From contig CAZJNY010000001.1 in NCBI GenBank assembly GCA_964547405.1, forward strand, positions 1-50,805: DNA of 50,805 bases, read 5' to 3'. The stretch comes from an uncultured Flavihumibacter sp. (GTDB lineage: Bacteria; Bacteroidota; Bacteroidia; Chitinophagales; Chitinophagaceae). This document shows, one piece after another, positions 18,976 to 28,300 of this stretch. Positions within the stretch are counted from its first letter, which is position 1, and each line of letters opens with the position of its first letter. Both the position numbers and the translations under genes were made by a program. The notes beneath the pieces are model-generated. The model ran no database searches. It was given only the letters and a program-made list of their open reading frames with translations, and had not been told where the DNA came from.

Positions 18976-20337
18976 CTAATACTGATCGTCTGTTGCAAAT
19001 TGATTGGAACGATCCATCCATAAACCACTGGTGAAATCAGGAAAATCAACCGTTTCATTCCCCAATGCAATGGAACTTTCGCTTAGTGGTGTAATTGCAC
19101 TCCAGGCTGCCGCATCATAAACATCCATCGGAGTGGACTCTCCTCTTTTCGCGGCTTCAATGAATGCGTGCAGCACAAAAAAATCAATGCCATCATGCCC
19201 GGTTTTTGTGGCTTGCTCACCCCATTTTTTCCATAGAGGATGTTCGTATTTTTTGAACCATTCTTCCGCATCATCCCAACGTTCATGATCGTATTTACTC
19301 ACCCCTTCAATATACATACCATTGTTCAGGTTCATCCAGATGCCATTGGTACCCTGCACCCTAAAACCGAGTGAATAAGGCCTTGGTAAATTGGTATCAT
19401 GCTGCAAAAAGATGGTCTCCCCATTCGCACAGGCAATCTGTGTGGTTACCACATCACCCAGCTTGAACAACTGTTTGGCATTCGGGTGGCTGGCACCTCC
19501 TTTTTTTACAATATAATTGTGCAAGCCCCTGGATTTGCTGGCAAATGAATTCAGGGAAACAAAACGATTGCCCCGGTTAATATCAATCAGCATCGCTAAT
19601 GGACCCACATCATGCGTCGGGTACAGATCACCGTTACGGTGTATGGAATGTTTTGTTCTCCATTTCGCTTCTGAAAATCCTTTCTCACCAAATTCAACCC
19701 CGCTGTTATAGGGTGTAATTCCATCATTAAATTTAACTCCACGCAAATCATGCTGATATCCTCCCTGCAGGTGAATGATTTCGCCAAATAATCCCTGCCG
19801 GATCATATTCAGCACAGCCAGAATATCCCTGCGATAACAGGCATTCTCGAGCATCATTACATGCGCCTTGTTTTTTTCAGCAGCTCTTACCACTTCCCAA
19901 TGATCTTCCAGTGTTATACCCAATACCACTTCTGTAGCAATGTATTTGAGTCCGGCTGAAATACTATCAGTAATCATCGGCGTATGCCATTCCCACGGAG
20001 TGGAGATAACTACTGCATCCAATTTGCCGGATTCCAGCATTTTTTTATACGCATACACATCGCCGGTAAACACCTGCGGTGCAGTTTTTCCTGATTTTTT
20101 AATAAGATCCGCCGTCATTTGCAACATACGTGAATCAATATCACAGATTGCAGTTACTTCCACATCAGCACGGTTCAGGCTCATGGCAAGATGTGCCTGT
20201 CCTCTTAATCCTGTGCCAATAAAACCCATGCGCAATTTTTTCTGCTGCCTGAAAGAGGCCCCGATAACCGGACTTCCAATCGTAAGAGCGGCAGTGGATA
20301 AAGCAAGCTGCTGTACAAATTTTCTTCTTGGTTGCAT
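18976..20337 (-). CDS. GH109 NAD+-dependent alpha-N-acetylgalactosaminidase, Tat-exported
   Basis: Tat PRRKF, IGTGLRG, ISTPWEWH, MMLENACY, GGYQHDLR, NGDLYPTH, HDTNLPRPYS, GH.G.DF and DVYDAAAWS. Confidence 0.9.
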   Translation of the reverse strand: MQPRRKFVQQLALSTAALTIGSPVIGASFRQQKKLRMGFIGTGLRGQAHLAMSLNRADVEVTAICDIDSRMLQMTADLIKKSGKTAPQVFTGDVYAYKKMLESGKLDAVVISTPWEWHTPMITDSISAGLKYIATEVVLGITLEDHWEVVRAAEKNKAHVMMLENACYRRDILAVLNMIRQGLFGEIIHLQGGYQHDLRGVKFNDGITPYNSGVEFGEKGFSEAKWRTKHSIHRNGDLYPTHDVGPLAMLIDINRGNRFVSLNSFASKSRGLHNYIVKKGGASHPNAKQLFKLGDVVTTQIACANGETIFLQHDTNLPRPYSLGFRVQGTNGIWMNLNNGMYIEGVSKYDHERWDDAEEWFKKYEHPLWKKWGEQATKTGHDGIDFFVLHAFIEAAKRGESTPMDVYDAAAWSAITPLSESSIALGNETVDFPDFTSGLWMDRSNQFATDDQY

Positions 20338-20348
20338 GGAATTTTTAG

Positions 20349-22559
20349 TTAGGGTTGAAGAGTTGGTTTGAATCGCTCACGAAAATATTGGTTATACGCT
20401 TTTAGCTTTTCCAGGTATCCTTCCAGATCGAGTAATTGTTCATCATAAATCAGGTAGTCCATTCCGGCAACCCTGCTGGCAAAATGCCGGGTGCGCTCCT
20501 GTTCAAAAAAATAGGGCTTGTCTGGTGTTGACATGCCTTTTGGCAGCCGTGTTTCTTCCCATTTTTTACAAAGGGAAGAAAACACAGATTGCCTTCGTGC
20601 TAACTGACCACTTACTATTTTTTCCGCATTCAGCAGGTGATAATAGGATGAATCCGTATTTAAGAAACGTTGCAGATGTGCCTGTTTAATACTTGCCTCC
20701 AATCTCTGCAAATCGAAATAGGTTTGCGCTGTATGTTTCGCCAGTTCCGCCAGGGTTTGCAATACTTCAATATCATAAATATTACGTGCGCCGTTTTTTA
20801 TAGCATTGGTACATATCGCGATAGCAGAATCCATTTTGGGTAACATGATTTCAGAAGCTTCCAAACGGTCTGCATATTCTCTTGTCCAGAATGGATCGTA
20901 TTCCAATGCATCACCTCTTGGCAGATCCGGCAGATGTGTTTTACCGATATCACCCCAGGCCCAAACCCTTCTTTCAAAACTTTCCATATAGAAATAGGCG
21001 GCCTCATTCAGTAAACTGTACAACCGGATCATATCCTGCTCATTGTTCCCATAACGTTGACGCATAAACGCAGTTGTGAATTCCTCCATGGAATATCCAT
21101 TGACATTCCATGCATAGGCTGCTGTGGTGGCAAAACAGAGGGCCCAAGCCTGCATCGGCAGGCCTGAATCGTCCCAGTTAGTCCGGATGACTCCGTCAAA
21201 TACATTTTTGCCCAGGTTTTCCTGTAAAAATTTCACGGAGGCTTCCAGCGCACCTTCTTCGTATTTACCCTTCCCCTTCTTCACAAAAAAATAGGGCAGA
21301 AATAATTGTTCGATGCCCGGATTAGGGTCATAGGCATACACAGAATAACCAAGCGCTTTTGCCTCCTTCGCATATTTCAGATCGGGTGTTTCATAGTTAT
21401 AGGATTCCGTCATTATTAAAGATTTATGCGGAACCACCGGAGCATGCTGCACGGCTTTGTCTTCCCCGTGATAAATATTCAGGCGGCCTTTCGCCCAACC
21501 CATGGGAGCTTCCCAGGCCATCACGCCTCTTTTGGATGACTTCAGCATTTCAGCCGATTTACCTAAAAAGAGATGATACAATCCACTTCGACCGATCTCT
21601 GCCTGCTTTTTACTGCAGTTTTCGCATTTACCAAGTTCATAGGTTTCATCTGATCCGATATGGATAAACTTTGCTCCGGGTGTTGCTTCCATGGCATCTT
21701 TCCAGAGATCCATCAACAGTTTGTACGACTCTTCTTTAAGCGGACAGAATTCAAAATTGGATGCCGATACTTCTCTCAGATGAGCAAACTGCGGCCATTT
21801 CAGGATAAATCCCACATGTCCCAACCCCTGCACCAGGGGTACAATCTGCACATGATACTGCTGCGCATACCGGGTCAGTTCCTGCATCTCCGCCATGGTA
21901 AAAGCACCGGGAGCACCGATTTCCGGGTGACTGGGATAGAGAAATTTATCTTCCCACTCCCAGATCAGCATATTCATTTTATAACCTGCCAGTTCACGTA
22001 TAAACTGCTTTACATACTCTTTGGTATCCTGGTGATGTTTGGTATCATAATGTGCTGCCCGCACTTTTGTGTCGGGCCAGTCGCGTATGGACGCTTCCTG
22101 TACAACCGGTACTCCCTCTTTTTTCCGGATCATTTGCAGCAGTGTCTGCATTCCATAAAATACGCCACCTGCCCCTGGAGCGGATATCCGGATTCCTCCT
22201 GCATGAACGGATAAAACATATCCTTCTTCCCCCAGTTCTTTGTCTTTTTTCCGCTCGAGCCGGATAAGCTTTCCCTTTGCCTGGCTAACCACCGGCAGCT
22301 GCAAGCCCCATTCCTTTTTTATAACAGCTGAGAGTTCCGCTGCTGTAAAGCGATCCGCTGCACTTGCCGAGGACGGCAAAAAGATCCCGGTAAATTCACT
22401 TAAAGCAACTGCGTTCGATCCAAACTGAACAGAACGGGGATAAGGCACCAGTGCCGGCAGTTCATCACCAGAAACTGGTTCAGCCTGTAAGCAAAGGGCG
22501 GATCCCGTAAACAGCAGCAACAGGATCCATTTAAAACAGGCAGGTGTCAATCTTTGCAT
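20349..22559 (-). CDS. GH20 beta-N-acetylhexosaminidase (GcnA/HexD-like subtype)
   Basis: GH20b domain (LVPYPR, EGYVL, GVFYGMQTLLQ, IRDWP), WEWEDKF, IVPLVQGLGH and catalytic HIGSDE. Confidence 0.85.
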   Translation of the reverse strand: MQRLTPACFKWILLLLFTGSALCLQAEPVSGDELPALVPYPRSVQFGSNAVALSEFTGIFLPSSASAADRFTAAELSAVIKKEWGLQLPVVSQAKGKLIRLERKKDKELGEEGYVLSVHAGGIRISAPGAGGVFYGMQTLLQMIRKKEGVPVVQEASIRDWPDTKVRAAHYDTKHHQDTKEYVKQFIRELAGYKMNMLIWEWEDKFLYPSHPEIGAPGAFTMAEMQELTRYAQQYHVQIVPLVQGLGHVGFILKWPQFAHLREVSASNFEFCPLKEESYKLLMDLWKDAMEATPGAKFIHIGSDETYELGKCENCSKKQAEIGRSGLYHLFLGKSAEMLKSSKRGVMAWEAPMGWAKGRLNIYHGEDKAVQHAPVVPHKSLIMTESYNYETPDLKYAKEAKALGYSVYAYDPNPGIEQLFLPYFFVKKGKGKYEEGALEASVKFLQENLGKNVFDGVIRTNWDDSGLPMQAWALCFATTAAYAWNVNGYSMEEFTTAFMRQRYGNNEQDMIRLYSLLNEAAYFYMESFERRVWAWGDIGKTHLPDLPRGDALEYDPFWTREYADRLEASEIMLPKMDSAIAICTNAIKNGARNIYDIEVLQTLAELAKHTAQTYFDLQRLEASIKQAHLQRFLNTDSSYYHLLNAEKIVSGQLARRQSVFSSLCKKWEETRLPKGMSTPDKPYFFEQERTRHFASRVAGMDYLIYDEQLLDLEGYLEKLKAYNQYFRERFKPTLQP

Positions 22560-22677
22560 GTGGATTGGTCATTTTAAGGAGGTATAAATATAATTAAGCT
22601 CATTTATCTTTCAAAATATTTTGTATTTTAAATATTATCTTTCATTTCCTTATTTTTAGATAAATATCTTTTATCAA

Positions 22678-23595
22678 ATGAATATCCGGATAACTCATAG
22701 CTGCTTTTGCGGACTTCTGTCGGCACTTCTTTGTTGTTCGCAGATTACGGCTGTTGGCCAGAACTGCTTACCCTGTGACAGCATTCGAACTTTACCTGGC
22801 ATCATTTTCTGCGATGATTTCGAATCGGAGCTCCCCATCAGGGAACGTTACTTTGGATATGACACTGATGAGGGTGAGTTTATAAGAAAAGCTGGGGTTG
22901 GGCGCAATGGAAGTCAGGGTATGCGGGTTCGGTTTCAGGAAGGAGAGGTTGAAGCCGGCGTTTTACAGAAAGCCATTGGCCGGTCGCCGGATCCCGGAAT
23001 GAAATATGCCAGTATGCCCGACAGTACGTTCCGGGAAATTTATTGGAGAATTGATATCAAATACCAGTCAGGATGGGAAGGTGGCGGCGGTGATAAACTG
23101 AGCCGCGCTACAGTAATTGCCAGCAGGTCCTGGCAGCAGGGAATGATTGCACACGTATGGTCAGGCGGGAAACCGGCTACCTGGAATTACCTGGTGATGG
23201 ATCCGGCAAGCGGCATCAGCACAGACAGTAAATTGGCAAGTACCAAATACAATGATTTTGCTAATCTTCGGTGGATGGGTGGTGTACATGGCCCCACGCC
23301 AATCTTTCAAAACGACCAAACCGGAAAATGGTACTGCGTAGTGGCGCATGTAAAGCTGAATACCCCGGGAAAATCAGATGGCATTTTTGAACTCTGGGTG
23401 GATGGTCATTTGCAGGGTGCACGCTACGATTTAAACTGGCATGCATCCTGGAATCTTCAGCCCGATTCCTATGGAATCAATGCTGTTTTTTTCGAAAATT
23501 ACTGGAACAAGGGTTCTGTAAAGGAGCAGGAACGTTATTTCGATAATATCCTGATCAGCACCCGCCCTATTTCCTGCGATTGCCTTCCGAAATAG
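22678..23595 (+). CDS. Secreted hypothetical protein, polysaccharide-lyase-like jelly-roll (PL14-like motifs)
   Basis: Signal peptide, FCDDFE, GGGDKL, WYCVVAHVKLNTPGKSDGIFELWVDG and YFDNILIS. Confidence 0.6.
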   Translation: MNIRITHSCFCGLLSALLCCSQITAVGQNCLPCDSIRTLPGIIFCDDFESELPIRERYFGYDTDEGEFIRKAGVGRNGSQGMRVRFQEGEVEAGVLQKAIGRSPDPGMKYASMPDSTFREIYWRIDIKYQSGWEGGGGDKLSRATVIASRSWQQGMIAHVWSGGKPATWNYLVMDPASGISTDSKLASTKYNDFANLRWMGGVHGPTPIFQNDQTGKWYCVVAHVKLNTPGKSDGIFELWVDGHLQGARYDLNWHASWNLQPDSYGINAVFFENYWNKGSVKEQERYFDNILISTRPISCDCLPK

Positions 23596-24529
23596 GACCA
23601 ATGTATCGCTTTGCAACTACCAGATGATCATATTTGGTATAGTGATTTTCGCCAACCGGACTCTTACTGTCATAATGTTCGATTCGCAGAAAGTTGAAAT
23701 TTAACAGGGGATTGGAACGCCATTGAAAACCTTCGAATGGTTTGCCAGACGGATCATTAATCCATCTGTCCTTCTCCCAGTGACCATTTGGAAAGCCTTC
23801 TCCCCAATAACCTACTTCTTTCCCATCCTGCCAGATTCGGATAGATCCGTTTCTGGCAGTGGCGGGTTTATTCAGTTTGATCATTATCTCGATACAATGC
23901 CATTCATCCCATTTCAGCTGTTGCGCCGTACTGCTTTTATTCACCAGCGTATTTCCATAACAACTGCTGCCATTGTTCCAGCTGCGCATTTCGCCCCAGT
24001 ACAGGTAAGCGTCCATTTCCGGTTCATTATTGGGCTCATAGGAAATGGAGAAACGGGTATCCCCCTGTCCGCATGTACCCGCCTGTCCCATATGGTATGG
24101 AATAGCGGGATAATTTCCTCCTATTTTAACCGCTTCATGATGAATATAACCATTTGAGATAGCCGGATATTTTACATAATAGCGGATAAACAGGCTGTCG
24201 TCCCATCCCGGCTGGATCATTTTATACAGATGTGCCCCATCGTTTTTACCGCCGGTATTGGTAAGCCGGATGGATTGTTTGCCCTGGCTGCCTTTCGGCA
24301 CATCCGGATCGGTAAAAATTCCCTTTCTGTTTTTTACATCATCATAGCGGGCAAAAATTCCGTTGGTATCCGCTTCAAATTGCTCCACATACAATACATC
24401 CGGGTCCTTTTCTATTCCATTGTCATGCGGGTATTGAGATGAAAGCGATTGATCCAAATAAAGCGTTGGCTCAAATTGGTAGAAGGAATAGATAAAAAGA
24501 CAAAAAATTGATAAAACGAATAATTTCAT
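23567..24529 (-). CDS. Secreted hypothetical protein, paralog-like to 22678-23595
   Basis: Hydrophobic N-terminus, YVEQFE, LFIRYYVKY, WHCIEIMIKLN..NGSIRIWQDG and YDHLVVAKRYIGP. Confidence 0.6.
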   Translation of the reverse strand: MKLFVLSIFCLFIYSFYQFEPTLYLDQSLSSQYPHDNGIEKDPDVLYVEQFEADTNGIFARYDDVKNRKGIFTDPDVPKGSQGKQSIRLTNTGGKNDGAHLYKMIQPGWDDSLFIRYYVKYPAISNGYIHHEAVKIGGNYPAIPYHMGQAGTCGQGDTRFSISYEPNNEPEMDAYLYWGEMRSWNNGSSCYGNTLVNKSSTAQQLKWDEWHCIEIMIKLNKPATARNGSIRIWQDGKEVGYWGEGFPNGHWEKDRWINDPSGKPFEGFQWRSNPLLNFNFLRIEHYDSKSPVGENHYTKYDHLVVAKRYIGPISEGNRRK

Positions 24530-24597
24530 AACGTTCCGAAAGATAGTAAATATTTTTTCTTTCGTATCGTTAATATATCTGGGTAGAGAAGACTAAA

Positions 24598-25287
24598 TTA
24601 TGGAATCGCCAATAACTTTCGTTCCAATTGATCCGCCATACGCTGGCTAAGAATGGTGATATTTTTTTCATAATTACTGAAATAGGCGGCAATATCCTGC
24701 TGTTTAACAGTAGGCTTTACCCGCACCAGATAATCGGGCATGGATTCACTTAGCGTACCTGAACTGATTTCCACACCATTTTCCAGCAACTGGTAACGTA
24801 CCTCCAGGGTTTTATCTACCGACCCAATCGTAATTTTATCCCAGGCTACTGCTAAACCGATGAATATCATATGACCTTCATCCAGTACCTGGAACTGCTG
24901 CGGTATTTTTTCAATTGATAGCTTCAACTGTTTATTACCCAAATTTTTACTCAGTTTTTTGGCAGCATACTTATGGATTGAATTTGAATACACCGTTATT
25001 GCATGTTCCGGATTCAGGGTACAGGTCATTGCATAATGGAATTCAATATATACAATCAGAGGCAGCCAATTGTAGGTTTTCCCGGTTGTTAAGGATTGGG
25101 GACCAGCAACAGAAAGCGGAGAACTGATGCTGATATTTTCAACCGGTTTTACTTTTTTTGGCGGAGGTGTAATCTCGTAATGTTTGGTTACAAACTTGTC
25201 AATCCTTTTTGAGTTCAGGCAACTGGTCAGGCTAAACAAACAACCTGTTGATACTGAAATAAACAGCAACCGAATTGTTATATTCAT
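24598..25287 (-). CDS. Hypothetical lipoprotein
   Basis: 229-aa ORF with lipobox LTSC. No recognisable catalytic motif. Confidence 0.7.
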   Translation of the reverse strand: MNITIRLLFISVSTGCLFSLTSCLNSKRIDKFVTKHYEITPPPKKVKPVENISISSPLSVAGPQSLTTGKTYNWLPLIVYIEFHYAMTCTLNPEHAITVYSNSIHKYAAKKLSKNLGNKQLKLSIEKIPQQFQVLDEGHMIFIGLAVAWDKITIGSVDKTLEVRYQLLENGVEISSGTLSESMPDYLVRVKPTVKQQDIAAYFSNYEKNITILSQRMADQLERKLLAIP

Positions 25288-25324
25288 AGTTAATAAGGTT
25301 TATGAAGAGTACACAATAATAAGC

Positions 25325-28300
25325 TTACCTGAGGATTCTGATCGATCTGATCAATGATTTTTCATTGTCTTTCCAAATCAAATGATAAATTCCGGAAGCA
25401 TACCCGGCTAATTCAATTCTTAGCTTCTGTTGCATTCGTTCTATAGGTATTTGCTTTAAAATTTTACCAGCTTCATCGGTCAACAGTAGTTGTGTAAGAT
25501 TGGGTGATTTAGGATGTGTAACAGTGACGAAAAATTGAGCGGGGTTAGGATAAACGACCAGCTCTTTATTTGGATCAACCTGCAGATTACCACTTGAGGT
25601 TATAGCATCATAAATAAATCCCGCCAAACTATCTGTGCCGTCCACATTAAATACGCTGACAGCGCCAGATCCTCCATCTCCCAATCGTGCAGTTACCTGA
25701 TTAAAACTATTTACAGTAAAAACATCAGCAGCTTTATTACCAAACCGAACATTATCCAGGTTATGGAAATTCTCACCGGTGATTACAATAAAATCGCCTT
25801 TCTTTCCTCTCTTAGGAGTAAAATCCCATATCCTTGGAACTTTGGTAAATGTAAAATCCATATAAGAAATGCCATATCCATATTTATTCTGTAAAACAAT
25901 TTTACCATCCTGCCCGAAAGAGGCTTTAATCCGGATACTGGTATCTGAATCAAGCAGCATTGAGTCGGCGCCAAAATTCCAAAATGAAGCACTGATTAAC
26001 TCCTGCAAATATTTTCCCTTTATTGTTACCCAGGTTCCGGAAGGCCCGGAGGTAGGAGTGAAGCTATCTATTCTGGGTTTGTCCAGATGACGAAAACCAG
26101 GCAGACTATCTGAACCAGTCGCAGTAAAAACACTCACAAACCCGTTTTCTCCATTTGCTGGTCTTGCCAGCAAGGTTGAATCATTGAGCACAAAGAATGA
26201 AAAAGCAGGAACTCCGCCCAATGTTACGGCATTTGTTCCCCAAAAGTTTTTACCCCTAATAACAATCGTATCCTTAGTGGAAGCCGCAGTTGGCAGAAAA
26301 GAATACATTTCCGGTTTAGGATATGGTATAAAGGTGAATTTACCTATAGAATCACTCCCAGACTTATTTTTAACTTTTACAAACCCGGAGTTACCATTAG
26401 CAAGAGTTGCTTCTATGACACTATCAGATAGTATTTTAAAGTGCGAAACAAGTAAACCACCAACAGTAACCTCGGTAACCTTCAGCAAATTCCTGCCACG
26501 AATAGTAATAATCTGCTTTTGAAAACCCGAATCAGGAGTAAATCCTTGAATATCCGGAACAACCGGACGAGCTAACCCCATTTGGTTTCTAAGTATACGT
26601 AACTGATTTTCATTCTGATCAGTAAAGATGATTTCCGGGCGTGCATCTTTATCCAAATCGGCTGAAACAAGGGATTTTCCATAAAAGCTATAGGTGTACG
26701 GATCGCCTAAGCTGAGGTTCCCATTACTGGAATTGTTTTTCATTAATGTAATGGCCCCATTATTTCTGCTTTCACCAATCAGATCTGGTTTTCCATCACC
26801 CGTCAGATCCTGAACATATTTTATATCCGATGAACTACTGCCAATAATACGCATTTGCCTGCCAATCAGCTTCATTATATGAGGTCCGGCTAATATTTCT
26901 TTTTGATCTTGGGTTAGAAGGCTGGCTGCCTGTGGAAAACGTACATCATATCCCTGATACCCACTAAAGGAGTGTTCTGAATAAAAACAACTAAGCCCCG
27001 AACTGGAAGAAAATCCAACCAGTGCGGAGCTTAGCCAAAAACCAACTAATATATCCGGCATCCCTGTTTTATCCAGGTCCGTTACAGTAAAGGCAGTGGG
27101 TAATCCGTATACATTTCCAAAGGGTGCATAATATGCAGGATCCCAGGTAAACTCACCATTTTGACTTGTGTTAACAGCAACGAAAAGGCCTGCGTCTGAT
27201 GGTTCCTGGCAATTGGTACACAATCCTACTACATCCAACAATCCATCTCCTGTAACGTCTACAGCTTTAAGATAGCCTTGTTTAAACCTGTAATGATTCG
27301 AAAAATGCAATACAGGTTCAAAGCGTAAATTTTGTGGATCAACAGTTCGGTTGCGAATCCATCCATATGAAGACGGAGCTCCATTGGAATTTAATTCATA
27401 GGAAATAATGATATCACTCAAGCCATCACTATCCAGATCTTCTACATCGAGATACAATAATTCAAATGGTGTTGGGTGATCGATTCGCTGAGAAAGCCTG
27501 AATATCCCATTCTCAGATTCATTCAGAAAAATCGAATAGTATAGTAAATTATCATACCAAATAATCAAATCAATAAGTCCGTCTCCATTCAAATCAGCAT
27601 GTTTTATTCCGTTTGGGCGATTGTCCAGCTGGATTTTAATTATATCAGTAAAAGAACTATCGGAGAATTCATATTGACCGCTACCAAATGTAAGTGTAAA
27701 GCGAAAATCGGAAAATGCAGACTTTCTGGAAATCGTATTCGTTACTGATATCTGATCCTGTGCAATTCCGGCAGGCACTTCCACTTCCAACTGCTTCTCT
27801 GCAGCTGAAATAACTTTTCCGGGTATGGATCCAAACCGAACGAGATTATTGGCGGCTATTGTATCAAAATTACTACCCTTAATTTTTATTACTGTTCCGG
27901 CTGGTCCCTGTAAAGGTGAAACTGTATGAATGGTGGGTATACTTGTAAATCTAAAAAAGCCTATTGCTTCACCCGCGATGGTTGTAACACTCACAACTCC
28001 GGAAGCACCATCTCCAACCACGGCTTTTATGGTGTCTGAATTTAATACTGTAATCCTCATCGGCACCTGCCCTCCAAATCGAACTTGTGTTTCCGGTGTA
28101 AACTGGGAGCCAACAATTAAAACCTCTGTACCAGTTCCACCATACGAAGGGATAATACCGGTAACAGATGGTATATCCAAATAGGTAAATCCATTTTTTT
28201 CAGCTACACCTCCTCTCGTAACAACTTTAACAGGGCCTGAAAGACCATTCTGAACAGTCACTTTAATGAGATGCTGATTCACAAGAGTAAAATTGTGTTG

